Assembly (NCBI RefSeq): GCF_009914755.1
Contig: NC_060936.1
Source of the DNA: the human T2T-CHM13v2.0 reference genome, Homo sapiens
DNA length: 64,000 bases
Reading direction: 5' to 3' (one strand)
The notes beneath the pieces are model-generated. The model saw only the letters and a program-made list of their open reading frames with translations, made no database searches and was not told the origin of the DNA. Numbering within the stretch: position 1 is the first letter of the stretch; each line of letters opens with the position of its first letter. Of this stretch, positions 27,991 to 42,245 are shown piece by piece. The position numbers and the translations under genes are program-made.

Positions 27991-30900
27991 ATAAGCTATG
28001 CCACTTCTCAACCACTCTGCTGAAAACTATACAAACTGACAGGTCCTACAATTAAAACCCAAAATAGATATAATAAAGCATAAAAAAATCAGTTAGGAAT
28101 TTTCTCTTGCTTTTGCTCTGCTGTTATTGTTGTTCTCCAGATAAGTCCCATTTTAAAATCCACAGTCACCTTAAGGATGTGATGTGGGAGCTGGAGCTGT
28201 CTGCCTACCCACCAGCTATTTTTAAAGGAAGATGATCAGGAACTAGTTATGAAAGAATCAGATTGTTTAATCTGGTACCACAGAACTTGAGAAACTATAG
28301 ACTTGGTAAGTTGGAAAATATGTAGGCAGAAGTGATGTCTCTATGGAAACAGATGTGAAGATTCAAGTAAATACTAGGCCTGTTGGACTTTTTATGAAGA
28401 TAGCAGAAGCTTTTTTCCCCACTTCTTCTTCTATAACCTGTTTATTGAGGAATCTGACCATGGTGAGGAACAAGCTAGAGACATATTTTTATCTCTAGTC
28501 ACTGCTTCCAACTCTGCTGTGTCGAATCTCCCAACTCTTCTAGACATCTCTCAATGACATCTTGGACAGGAACCATAGTCACTTACAGTCTAGTCCAGCC
28601 TTATAGCATATGCAACTGCATATCCAGTTCAAGATTTTCCATTGCTCCATTGATGGCTACACTTATTACTCAAGGATCTACTGTGGGTGTGCTTAGGGGT
28701 AACTCTTTCACCTTGGAGAGTGGTGTGGGAATGTTCTTGTTCTAGTATACTTCATCCCAAAGACCCAATTCCTCCTGTTTTGGGGACTGGGAGAGAAGAT
28801 GAGATGGCTTAATGTCTCTTGGCTTTCTCTATTGCTTTTGCTGTCTCTCTAGCATACCCTAGCGACCACTGAGACTCTTGTGGGGCAGAGATCCACACGT
28901 TATCTATCTTAGGGACATGATGGGTTCTTCGAAGTCCCTCATGAGAGGCGTGACTCTGGCTCAAACATGTTCAGCCCCCTTCAGCTGTCCAAGCCCCCCC
29001 ACCCTCTATCAGCTCTAACTACACTGCTTGCATTTTTCTTTCCTGGTGGGCTGCTTTACTGGCATGTGGAGGAGTGCTGATATAGCAGGAAGAGTTTTGC
29101 TACTTCTTATTAAGTCCTGAAAAGGTATCTGGTGGGTGCTGTGTTTGTAATAAGATACTTAGCACCTGTTTCCCCTCGAGCTTTGGGCCTAGGTATCAGT
29201 TCTCAGACAAAAGGAAAAGTCAATTTTTATACCCTATTATAATGATAAACTTTGATTGAAACTTTGGGGATAAGAAAGCATCGAGATGTTTCTCTCTCCT
29301 TCTATTCCTCTTTTCTCCTCCCTCCCTCTCTCCCTCCTTCCTTTGCTCCCTTCTTTCCTTCCTTTCTTTCTTCCAAATAGCAACCATGTAATCTAAATTA
29401 TGAATGATAAAAAAGCCTGGCAAATCAATGAGAGAACTTAGAGCAAAGGAATTTGGAATATTATAAGATAGGGAACAATTTTAGTTTCCTGAGCATTTTG
29501 GTTGTATTACCACCTGCTCCAATCATAGACTGTACTTTTTCATGCCCAGAAAAGACTTCTACAACCCAGCCTTCATAGCAATCAGCCACTCGGGACTTTC
29601 TTGCAGTCTGAGCTCAACCTGTCTTATTTTGCTCTGAGTTTTCCAGTTCTGAAGGCTTGATTACTGGTCCAAGAGTGTCATTTAGGTAGATATGCTGAAC
29701 TCACATCATCCTCGTTACAAATTGTTATGGAAAATCCCAAAAATATAAAAGAAAAAAATTTTAAAAACTAGCTAAGGGCACTGTTCACATGCTGCAAGAT
29801 CTCACGGAGGAGAAGATGGAATGAGTGGAGGATACACTTGCTGTGTGTTCATCATTGAAGAAGGGAAAGAGCTTGTGAAATGACCCCTAGCAGAAACTCA
29901 CTGGTGCTTTCAAGTTCAGGGTGGCAGGGTTGAAGGTGAGAGTTAGCTTCAGGGAAGATGGTGGAGAAGAATGTTTGCTAGTATCTGGACCCCAAAGGAT
30001 TACACAGGATGCTGGAGCCTGCATGGGCTAGGAATACCATTAGTTCAATCATGGTCTACACTTGGCAAGGAAGATGCATTGAGAATAGGTGAAGGGCATA
30101 GTCAAGACCAATGCTAACTGTCATTCCTTATGGAGGAATTATGGAATCTACTTCAGGCTGCCATGAAAAGCAAAGCAGAGAATCTGTTGGGACAACTCGT
30201 TCAGCAGCCTCAGACTACAGCTGCATCTTTACTTATCTAGGCCTCTAGATCACTCAGAAGTAAAGGAAAATTTAAACAAATCTAAACATTCTCATTCTTT
30301 CACTGGGGTCTTCAAAGTTTTGAACACAATCTCTCAGAAGAATCAATTTCTGATACCTGAATCTTTGTAAGCACGAACAGAGAGAAGGGACTGGACAGAT
30401 GAAAAGGATTTGTAGTTCAAAGAAGAGGGGCATTGTGGGGAACTGATGCTGAGCTCTCGGTTCTATGCCCCCCAGACTTCCTTCTTCAGTTACGGTCCCT
30501 GCAGAATCAGCATCCATCTGCGACTCTCCTTTATTCATTGAACTCCTTGTTTTGGAGAGGAGAGGCATATTTTCTACTTTATGTAGCTCTCCAGCCCATG
30601 ATCTCCTGTGGTCAGGGGCTAAGGATTCCTTTCCCTGTTTCCTAGTAATGCATAACTCTATCTCTCCATAAGGCAGGGTGGGCCAGGCATTCAGAAAGTT
30701 GGGGAAGCTAGGCAGAATGTGAAATAAGTGAAGGGAATTGAAGGGTGCTGGAAAACCTCCCATCAAAATTTCCTCCCCCATGTTATTCCACCATTAGGTA
30801 ATTAGCTCCCTGGTTCTTAAAGGATTACATCACTTTTCTTTGTTAAGAGTTGAGTCATCTATGCAAAAAAAAAAAAAACAAACAAAAAACCCAAAAACTG

Positions 30901-31159
30901 AGTGAATTAAAACCAGAATCCTTATTAGTTATTACCTCAGGAGCTTTAACAGTGTCCCACTTCAATTAGAGCAAAGCTCACTGGGAATGTGTGTAGGATA
31001 AAGAAGATGTTGGAGGTAATAGACATTAAGGAAGGGGCCAGGAGCGTGGAGGGAACCCAAGAGACGTGGGAGGATCTCAAAAGTGATCTTTGCCTATTGC
31101 CAACTGTGACTGAGGCCCTGGCCCATCATTTGATGTTCTCTGTCATTCTTGGGAGAGGC

Positions 31160-31420
31160 AGAGGAGTGTGATGATTAAGAGCATGGACTCTAAAGCTAGA
31201 CTTCTGGGTTCATAAAGGGTAACAGCTTAGCTCTGCCCCTTCCTACCTTGGGGACTTTGAGCAAATAATTTAACCGCTCTGTGCTTTTTTCTTCATTTAT
31301 AAAACAGGAGTAATATTGGTCCCTGCCTCAAAGGGTTGTTGTGAGGATTAAAGGAGTTAACACACATAAAATACTTAGAAGAGCACATGGCATAGAGTAA
31401 ATGCTAGTTGTTATTAGTAT
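31160..31420 (+). mobile_element. MIR
   Basis: TTAAGAGCATGGACTCT...AGGGTTGTTGTGAGGATTAAA. Confidence 0.85.
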
Positions 31421-31497
31421 GCTTTCAATTTCACAAAGGGACTTAAAAGGTCAGAACCCTTACTTACTCCTAGGAACCACTGGGGAAGGAGTGAGGA

Positions 31498-31665
31498 CCA
31501 ACATATATTGCATATGTATGCCCCAGATACTGTATATAAAATATCTCATTGAAACCTCACATATTGATGAAATAGGTATTACAATATCCCTATTTTGCAG
31601 GTGAGAAAACTGTGTCTCAGAGGGTGAGAATCTGGCCCAAGGTAATACAGCTAAAAAGTGGTAAA
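31498..31665 (-). mobile_element. MIR fragment
   Basis: ATTTTGCAGGTGAGAAAACTG...GCCCAAGGT. Confidence 0.7.
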
Positions 31666-31761
31666 GTTATCTATGATATCCCACAATGTTACTTACACAG
31701 TTCTCTTTGGAAATAAAAATATAAACAAATGGTACAGGCAGATTAAGAACAACTCCAGCAT

Positions 31762-32045
31762 TATTATTATTATTATTATTATTTTTTTTTTTTGAGACAG
31801 GGTCTCACTCTGTTGCCCAGATTGGAGTGCAGTAGTGCGATCATGGCTCACTGTAGCCTTAGCCTCCCTGGGATCAGGTGACCCTCCCACTTTCAAGTAG
31901 CTAGGACTACAGGTGTGAGCTTTTGTTTTTTTTTTTTTTTTTTTTTAATAGAAACAGGGTTTCACCATATTGCCCAGGCTGGTCTTGAAGTCCTGGCCTC
32001 AAGTGATCCACCCACCTCGGCCTCTCAAAGAGCTGGGATTACAGG
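31762..32045 (-). mobile_element. AluJ with internal deletion and slight 5' truncation
   Basis: (ATT)n/T tail; TSD CTCCAGCAT at 31753-31761 and 32046-32054. Confidence 0.88.
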
Positions 32046-32179
32046 CTCCAGCATCAAATGTTTACAGTAGTTGTCCTCACAGAAAATGCATACATAACTC
32101 TTATCTTCCTGACTCAATGCTCACCTTCACCTCCCACCCTGACTGCAGCCTATTATCCCTGCAGTCAGTGGACTTTTAA

Positions 32180-32305
32180 TCCAGATACCTTGGCTGAGCA
32201 GGCTCATAGAGGAAACTGGCCCACAGAAACTGTGAGAAATAAATGTATGTTGTTTGAAGCTGCTAAATTTGTGGTAATTTGTTATACAGCCATAAAAACG
32301 AAAAG
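32180..32305 (+). mobile_element. MLT1 LTR 3' fragment
   Basis: CCCACAGAAACTGTGAGAAATAAATGT...GCTGCTAAATTTGTGGTAATTTGTTATACAGC. Confidence 0.7.
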
Positions 32306-32655
32306 ACCAAACAGTCATATCCTGAATGATTAAAAATTGGTTGCATAAGTAAAAGAATGTATTTGAGTTGGAAGATTTGGGGTTTTCACATGAAAAACCA
32401 AGTGTGAGTAAAATAACCGCAGAATAGCTATTTTGGAATTCTGATACTCAAACACTTGCTAGTTGAAGGAGTGCTAAGATTATGGATATAACAATTGATT
32501 CTAGGGTTTCAAAACTTATTTCCCATAACATAGGAAAGCTGAAACTCTGGCTATAAAGAAAAGGCTATTTTTCTTTCTCTTGAAATAATTTGTACTATTC
32601 ATTGCACTGTCAATAGCCAAGAACATGCTAGAAATTACAACGTGCTCGCACATAT

Positions 32656-33250
32656 GGGTATTTCTGCTATGATGCAACATATATGTTTCTAAAATTCATT
32701 TTGTTTTGCAAAATCAACCAATAGAAAAACAAAGGACTTATAAGAAAAATAGGGTTGGGGCACAATAGTCACAAACTGTCAGTAACACAAAACAAAAAGA
32801 TAAAATCTAATCAAATTGTGGTAGCACAGTCTTACACAAGTCAAATGGGTAAGAAATATGTAAATACTACAAAAATAAGACACTTTCCTTTGACAAAGAC
32901 TTTACATTTGCTTGTGGAAGTGGGAGTCAGAGCATTGCAGCTTGTGAGTTTTTGTGAAATTGTGGAAGGAAGGTGATTTGAAATCAAGGGAAAGTTGTAT
33001 CACTGATGTGGATGGATATGGCCCATGTTGAGGGTGGTGGACTGAGGTAGCTGACATGTTTCAGGTACGTGCATGTCTGTTTTGTACATCTTACCTGGCT
33101 GGGTTCAGGTGTGTGCAATTTTCTGTGTTTCCCTAGTGTTTTTCATAGACTAAACAGTGCATAAGCAACCCCAAATTCGTGTTATGCTCAAAATGTTCTC
33201 TAATAAAATCTTGTGTCTTGAAAACAAGTGTTAAAAAGTAAAACTGACCA
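32656..33250. mobile_element. Tigger13a-like TcMar DNA transposon
   Basis: Termini TTTCTGCTAT.../...AAAACTGAC; internal TTTGCTTGTGGAAGTGGG, TTGCAGCTTGTGAGTT, AAATTCGTGTTATGCTCAAA. Confidence 0.75.
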
Positions 33251-34258
33251 GATGTTATTTCATTTGAATCTTACGATAAAAGCAATAAATAGACATGAGG
33301 AAACAGCTTTAGACATAGAGCTAGTAAACAGTCAAGGCAGATTGAACTGAGGTCTTCCTCCTCTGTGCTTTTCCCATTAGGCCACTCCAGGAATGTCTCA
33401 GTCTAGCATATTTTAAATCTGTGTGATGCTATAGTTTCACTACTGCAATTTCTAAGACTTTATATTTTCAATTAGACATTTATTTTACTACCAAGAAGTA
33501 TCCTGATCCAGAGGTACTATTCTCCCAGCCATGGAGAGTTCCTCCAAAAGACAAAATTCTATCTTTGCTAATGAAAATGCAAATAAAACTGTATCAAGAG
33601 TTTCATGATTTTACTAGGTATTTCCCATCATATGTTTATCATACAGCTCAAAATTGATGTCAAGTTTTTTACTCTACTCTTTTCTCAAGTTCATTCACTA
33701 TAAATTGAATTTCATTTTTCTGCACTTGGGTTGTATTTTTTGAACCACTGACTTTGCTTATATTAGTTTTACTATGATATTCATCAATTTGTTTAAAAAA
33801 ATTCAGAAGATACCTCTTGCACAAATTCATTTTATAATTTAAGAACTCACTTCAGAATGTTGAGACTCTGTTAAGTATCAATTCTAGGATTATGAAGATC
33901 CTGTCTACCACAAAGAGCCCCACAAAGGTCTTTTCTCCCTCATTCCCAAGCAGTTTAACTTAATGAATTCTTCTGGTAGAACTTTGTTTAGACGGACTTA
34001 AAGCAGGTAAGAGTTCTTTTTAAAATACTTGTGGAGTGCATGAGTGTGCAAACAAACTTAAAAGCACATATTGGCTCAGGAAAGCTGAGGGGAAATGATA
34101 ATTTTCAACAGTCCAAAATAGCCATCCTGGGGCTTACAGAAAGTAAGGTAGCAATTAGCCTAACTCTAAGCCTAACAATAACACAGTCATTAATCCTGGG
34201 TGCCCAGACACATTCCATTAGAGGATTTTGGCAACAAAATTTTGCTTTTCTAATTCTG

Positions 34259-34527
34259 AGTAGATATAAACAATAATCCCTTAATTTATTAGTCTGTTTA
34301 TCACACTTATTAAGCATTTCCTATGTCTTAAGAACTGTGCCACAAGACAAGGATGCCCTCTCTTACCACTCCTATTCAACATAATATGGGAAGTAGACAT
34401 AAACAATAATTCCTTAATTTATTAGTCTGTTTATCACATTTATTAAGCATTTCCTATGTCCTAAGAACTGTGCCACAAGACAAGGATGCCCTCTCTTACC
34501 ACTCCTATTCAACATAATATTGGAAGT
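34259..34527. repeat. 133-bp tandem duplication spanning the L1 5' junction
   Basis: Units 34259-34391 and 34392-34524, ~5 mismatches, AGT microhomology. Confidence 0.92.
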
Positions 34528-36553
34528 TCTGGACAGGGCAATCAGGCAAGAGGAAGAAATAAAGCGCATCCAAACAGGAAGAGAGGAAGTCAAACTACCT
34601 TTGTTTGCAGATGACATGACTGTATATCTAGAAAACCTCATAATCTCAGTCCAAAAGCTTCTTAAGCTGATAAACAACTTCAGCAAAGTCTCAGGATACG
34701 AAATCAATGTGCAAAAATCACTAGCATTCCTATACACCAACAACAGTCAAGCTGAGAGCCAAATCATGAACTCTCATTCACGACTGCCACAAAAAGAATA
34801 AAATACCTAGGAATACAGCTATGTAGGGTGGTGAAAGATGTCTATAAGGAGAACTACAGACTTACAAATCACTGCCCAAAGAAATCAGAGATGATACAAA
34901 CAAAGGGAAAAACAATCCATGCTCATGGATAGGAAGAATCAATATTGTTAAAGTGGCCATACTGTCCAAAGCAATTTATAGACTCAATACTATTCCTATC
35001 AAACTACCATTGACACTCACAGAACTAGAAAAAAACTATTTTAAAATTCATATGGAGCCAAAAAAAGAAAAAAATCCAGAATAGCCAACACAATCTTAGG
35101 CAAAAAGAACAAAGCTGGAGGCACCATGCTACCCAATTTCAAACTATACTACAGGGCTACAGTAACCAAAACAGCATGGTAGTGACACAAAAACAGACAC
35201 AGAGACCAATGGAACAGAACAGAGAATCCAGAAATAAGACTGCACACCTACAACTATCTGATCTTCGACAAACCTGACAAAAACAAACAATGGGGAAAGG
35301 ATTCCCTATTCAATAAATGGTGCTGGGATAACTGGCTAGTCATATGTAGAATATTGAAACTGGATCCCTTCCTTACACGATATACAAAAACTAACTCAAG
35401 ATGAATTAAATACTTAAATGTGAAATCAAAAACTACAAAAACCCTGGAAGACAACCTAGGCAATACCATTCAGGACATAGGCATGGGCAAAGATTTCATG
35501 ATGAAGATGTCAAAAGCAATTGCAACAAAAGCAAAAATTGACAAATGGGGACAATTTAAGCTAAAGAGCTTATGCACAGCAAAAGAAACTATCAACAGAG
35601 TAAACAGATAATTTACATAATGGTAGAAAATTGTGCAAAGTATGCATCTGACAAACGTCTAATATCCAGCATCTATAAGGAACTTAAACAAATTTACAAG
35701 AAAAATACAAACAACTCCATAAAAAGTGGGCAAAGGACATGAACAGATACTTTTCAAAAGAAGACATATATGTGGCCAACAATCACATGAAAAAAGCTCA
35801 ACATCACTGATCATTAAAGAAATTCAAATCAAAGCCACAATAAGATACCATCTTACACCAGTCTGACTCTTACTATAAAGTTAAAAAATAACAGATGCTG
35901 GTGAGGTTGTGGAGAAAAAGGAACACTTATACACCGTTGGTGTGAGTATAAACTAGTTCAGCCATTGTGGAAGACACTGTGGCCATTCCTCAAAGACCTA
36001 AAGACAGAAATACCACTCAACCCAGCAATCCCACTACTGGTTATATACCCAAAGGAATATAAATCATTCTATTATAAAGACACGTGCACGTTGCATGTGT
36101 ATGTTCATTGCAGCACTATTCATAATAGCAAAGACATGGAATCAACCTAAATGCCCATGAATGACAGACTGGATAAAGAAAATGTGGTACATATACACCA
36201 TGGAATGTTATGCAGCCATATAAAAGAATGAGATCATGTCCTTTGCAGGGACATGGATGGAGCTGGAGGCCATTATCATTAGAAAACTAACACAGGAACG
36301 GAAAAGCAAATACCTCATGTTCTCATTTATAAGTGGGAACTGAACGATGAGAACACATGGACACAACACACACTGGGGCCTTTCGGAGGGCAGAGGATGG
36401 GAGGAGGGAGAAGATCATGAAAAATAACTTAATGGGTATTAGGCTTAATACTTGGGTGATGAAATAATCTGTATGATAACCCCCATGACAGAGGTTTACC
36501 TATGTAACAAACTCGCACTTGTACCCCTGAGTGTAAAATAAAATAAAATAAAA
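34474..36553 (+). mobile_element. L1PA (approx. L1PA13-16) LINE-1, 5'-truncated, disrupted ORF2
   Basis: RT motif [14 protein letters not shown] (ORF 34520-34801), ORF2 C-terminal remnants, L1PA 3' UTR and (TAAAA)n tail; AAGAACTG at both ends. Confidence 0.93.
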
Positions 36554-36608
36554 AGAACTGGGTGCCAGATGTTGAAGGAAAATAGTAAGATCTTAAGAAA
36601 ATGGCTTT

Positions 36609-36984
<376 letters not shown>

Positions 36985-37397
36985 TCACTTGTTGAATAAC
37001 ATCTAGAATTAAATAGGAGAAAAAATTTTCCTAATAGAACTATACCAGGCTTTACATGATTGGTAGTCTTCGTTCTTCACAAACCAGTTTATTTTAATAG
37101 ATATCTCAGGTAGAGTTTTATGAAGGCCTCAAAGCAATTAAAACTTCATTTGCAGGAAGGATAATCTTATACTTACCAGAAAACTACAGCTAACATGAAT
37201 TTCTTTGTTAGACATTTGCTATGAAGGATCTTTGAGAAAATTCTGTGTTAGAACCCATGACACCCCTAACATAGCTATGCCATTATTTTTTTCTTCTTAA
37301 ATGAACAGATGAGTTTTGTAAGCAAAGTAGGATACCATGATTGATAGACCTTTTTGTAAGGTATACTCAGATTTGCTGAAAGAGCCTACATAATTCA

Positions 37398-37772
<375 letters not shown>

Positions 37773-38079
37773 TTATCTCAAATAAGGGAAAAATCAAAAT
37801 GGAAAGAGGTTATGATCAGTTTCACCATTGGCCTACAGTATTGCTTCAGAGAACAAAATAAAAGGGTTCTTGCCTCTCCCCTTGCTGGAACTGGGCCTGC
37901 CCCAGGGACTTGGCTGTAGGGTTGCAGGTACTTTCCCTGTCCTTTGATCTTAATCACCAAGGGAGCAATTAAAGTTCCATGTCCAGGAATCACTTAGTAA
38001 AGAGTCTTGCTTTTAGTTAGAGAGTTGAAGGGGTTGTGGGCAATATCTAAATATGCTTTGGACATTGTATTTGATGGGG

Positions 38080-39126
38080 TTGAGAAATAAAAAAAAAATT
38101 CTAGGCTCCTAACTAACTGAATGGATTCCCCTCTTGGCCAAGGGTGAAACTGCCTTTGCAAAATTATTACACAAAGAGAAATCTAACATAGTTGACTCCA
38201 TCTTGCTTCTGACTTCCAAGCTGTCCTTGGTCATTCCTGGGTGTAGGCCAAGCTCACTTTGGGAGGAATTTAGTTTATAGTTTTACCTTAAAACAAAGAT
38301 GATAATAGCCCTTCTCAAAACTAAATCACCTTTGTAAAACTAATGGAAAGGCACAAGGTTAAAATTATGAGAGAGGCCCGAATTCTGATAGGATAGGCAT
38401 AGTTTTTATCAGCCCTTACAGATCAGGAATCATGTGACCAGAGGTCACAAGATTTGTGACCTTCCCATTTACTCCTATAGTTAACATTGCTATGTTAGAA
38501 CCCAAGATTGTATTTTGTGGGGGATGTTTTCCAGACTGATCCTACCTGAACTTGTGATTCATGACTCAATTGATCCTATGGCCTCACCCAGAGGTAGACT
38601 CAGCATACGAAGACTGTTTTCCATACCAGTATGATTCCATCCCTAACCAATCAGTGGCACCCATTCCCTAGCCCCCTGCCCACCAAATTGTCCACAAAAA
38701 CCCTAAGCTCCAAGCCTTCAGGGAGACTGATTTGAATGATAACTCCAGTTCTCCCACGTGAGTTAGCTTTATATCAAATGAACTCTTTCTCCACTGCAAT
38801 ACTGTGGTCTCAGAGGATTGATCTGGTCTGTGCAGTGTACAGTGCTGGGTGATTACCAGAGAAACTCGGGAAGCTGAGTTCATGGCCTTGGCGGGATGGG
38901 AGGTTGAACTAGTCTCACTAGTATGTAATCACTTGTCTCACTGCTGTCCCCTCCCCACCTTTTTTAAAGGAAAATGTACAAATAGTAAACTTCCTGAGAC
39001 CCTCTTTGGAAAAAACAGCCATAGATGCATCTGTGACTTATGTTTTTCCTGGACATGCCCTCAAGCTGGCTCGATAAACCTTGATGACTGAGATTTATGA
39101 CTCAGTCACTCATTTTGACTGTCACA
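38080..39126 (+). mobile_element. ERV1 MER4-group solo LTR, interrupted by LTR8
   Basis: AAAATTCTAGGCTCC...CTGAATGGA..CCCCTCTTGGCCAAGGG resumes as AGAGAAAC...CTGAGTTC; ends CTCAGTCACTCATTTTGACTGTCACA. Confidence 0.65.
38145..38857 (+). mobile_element. LTR8-family ERV1 solo LTR
   Basis: TGAAACTGCCTTTGCAAAATTAT...GACTCCATCTTGCTTCT...GGGAGGAATTTAGTTTATAGTTT. Confidence 0.85.
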
Positions 39127-39138
39127 GTATAAAGGGCC

Positions 39139-39399
39139 TGCTATGGTCTGCATGTTTGTGTCTCTCCAAAATTCACATGTTGAAATCTAATCTCAAATGT
39201 GTGGGCATTCAGAGGTGGGGCATTTACAAAGTGATGAGGTCATGAGGGTGGAGCCCTTGTGAATGGAATTAATATCCTTCTAAAAGAGGCCCAAGGGAGC
39301 TTGTTTGCCCCTTCTGTCATGTGGGGACACATAGTAGGCACCATCTACAAGGAAGGGTCCTCCCCCAGACACGGAAACTACTGTTGGTGCCCTGACCTT
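39139..39399 (+). mobile_element. MLT1A-like LTR, 3'-truncated
   Basis: TGCTATGGTCTG..TGTTTGTGTC..CCAAAATTCACATGTTGAAATC...GGTCATGAGGGTGGAGCCC. Confidence 0.8.
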
Positions 39400-39685
39400 A
39401 TTAATTATGATTGAGACAATCAAATATGGTCTGGCTAAGAGAAGAATAGTCCATAACATTTTGATGCTGACTCCCTAAAGTCTATGTTTTGAAATATTGA
39501 ATATTTAACATGAAGAGCAAATTACAATTAGGACGTCTTAGGTCCATACAAAGTAATATTCTATGGACTGCCTTTGGAATTACTAGGTTTGGTCTTGGGA
39601 TCAGATTGAATGAACTCAGTATAGATTCTGTGTCACTTCTACTCATGAAACACATTTACTGATGGTTAATCTAAGAGTATCTTTA

Positions 39686-40004
<319 letters not shown>

Positions 40005-41094
40005 CTATATAGTTATGAAATAAAGTGTTGACAAAACTTGACTGAATGTAATCATAGTGAAGCCAACGTTATGTGTCATATGTCACCTGTGCCTGTTTTG
40101 TCACAAGTGCTCTTTACAAACCACTTAGCATCTTCACTTTGAGGTTGTATGCTCTTATTTAATGCTCCATAGAGTTTTGAGATTGTTGTGAGTTTTCTAT
40201 TCAACATTGGCTTCTCCAAAGATTTGATCATTTTTTAAAACAGCTGTAAACCTATTCAAAATTTATATAACATATATTTAAAATATAAGGACGCTTTCTG
40301 ATTTCAAATGCATCTCATGCAGTTAATAAAATTGGTAATTGGTAATTTAGAGTCACAGATAACTCTAAGTAAGTCAATTAAAACTGTGTAAGAATTTGAA
40401 AAGAGGATACAGGGCATTGAGGGGATTGACATTTGGTGGCCAAGTCATTATAGCTATTGTTTGGAAGAATCTGATGATATTCAAATGATCAAAGCAAGTA
40501 TTTTGAAGAAATAAATGATGTGAAATAACTGATAAAGAGATACTTTAAACTGACATTATCCTACACTTAAATATAATAAAAATACACAGTAATAAAGCAA
40601 AATAACAGATTTGTTGTTTGGCTACAACATCAAGTCATTCTCAACTACATATTTTGACAATAGTGACTCTAAATATTTTCTCAAACTAAGCTTTCCTAAA
40701 TATTTTCCCAAACCAAGCTGTTTCTTTACGGACTTTATATGCATTAATTTTATATGAATGACTATTTTTCTAACATAAAAACAATCTTTACAAATATTTT
40801 GAGAATTCAGGAATAAAACTAAAGCATTCAAATGACCACTGCTCAGTTGTACTTGAGAGATTTTGCCCAAAATTATTTAAAAGTGTTGAACTGTAGAAGG
40901 CCTTAAAATAGAACTTGTAGAATTTCAATATTCAGAAAGTAAAGTTTGTTACTATGGGTCATACTGTTGTGAAAAAGCAGAAAAAGAATTCAGAATAATC
41001 AAATTGAAACTATTTTGCTGATATAATCAAATATGCCTGATGTTTGTTGTGGTTTTAAAGACTGTATTTTCTCTTTGGACATTTCTCCATCTTT

Positions 41095-41390
41095 CTTTTT
41101 TTTTTTGGTGTAAAATATACACAACATAAACTTTCCCTTTTTAACTACTTTTAAGTGCACAGTTCTGTGGCATTAAGTACATCTACACTGTTATGCAACC
41201 ATCACCATCATCCATCTCTGGCACTTTTTCACTATTCCCAGTTGAAACTGTACCCATTAAACACCAACTTCCTATTTTTCCCTTCCTCAGCAGTCACCAT
41301 TCTACTTTCTGTCTCTGTAGATTGACTACTCTAGGTACCTTGTACAAATGGAATCATATAATATTTGTCCTTTTGTGACTGGCCTATTTC
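41095..41390 (-). mobile_element. L1MB-type 3' end
   Basis: TTTTAAGTGCACAGTTCTGTGGCATTAAGTACAT...CACCATTCTACTTTCTGTCTCT. Confidence 0.85.
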
Positions 41391-42029
41391 TCTATTGTTT
41401 TACTAACATAAAAGTATTTTATCTGTTATTAATTTTATCTAGTCAGAAACTGGAAACACTGACAGAATCTTTGGCTGATTAATTACACTACAATTGACAA
41501 AATACTGCCCAAACATAAGTGATTTACTAAAATATGGGACATGATGTTTAAAATTAAAAACCTGATGAAACTGTAGTGTCAGTCTCAATTGCAGTTGTAA
41601 TATTTTTCCTATAGCCAATGATTAAAATGTGCATTTGTTAGTGATTTTAAATTAATTTATATTAAATTTACTATTTTCCCATCTAAAGCAGAATTAATTG
41701 GTCATTTTTTTGGCACATGAATTAAAACATATATACACTGTCTTTGGTTTGCTAAAAGAATGAATGAATGATATAAAGGCATCTCATGTAGAAAGATTTG
41801 TTCTTGTTAATTAGCAGGTTTATTAGAATATGGTTTCTTTCATCTGAATTTTGGAGATTGGAAAAACAATCTCCAAAATATAAAGAATGCAGAGAAGTGC
41901 AGGAGAAGAGAGAATGGTAAGCTAAAAATTACCATCAAATGCTAAGTGTCAGACCTACACAAACACAAAATTTAACATACTTAACAGTGGCATGTTCAGT
42001 GAATATGAGCAGGAGACATGAGCTCAAAT

Positions 42030-42245
42030 CTAATGATATCTATGATGCCAGAAACTTTGTATATGCTGAATTTAATCCTTATGACAACTCTCTGAGTCAT
42101 ATAATTTCCCCATTTTTGCAGATGTCAAAACTGAAGGTAAGAAACGGTAAGAAATTTGCCTAGTCTCAACACTAGTCAGTGTCAGAGCCAGAATTCCAAT
42201 TCATGTCTACATTTCCAAAGCCCATGTTGTTCCCATGACACAAAA
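42030..42245 (-). mobile_element. MIR
   Basis: TTTAATCCTTATGACAACTCT...CCCATTTTTGCAGATG...GTCAGAGCCAGAATT. Confidence 0.75.

Noticed and set aside
28500-29200. Possible decayed coding sequence or ancient LTR on the minus strand
   Set aside because: Hand translation has several stops and no recognisable homology; I could not assign a family.
30272-30781. 169-aa minus-strand ORF in non-repeat DNA
   Set aside because: No recognisable domain or convincing splice context; compatible with chance.
32642-32656. GTGCTCGCACATAT resembling the U6 snRNA 5' end
   Set aside because: Too short and discontinuous; no further U6 sequence follows.
34520-36150. Reverse-transcriptase ORF with FADD motif as an active or novel RT system
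   Set aside because: It is a fragmented ORF2 of an ordinary 5'-truncated L1 with stops and frameshifts.
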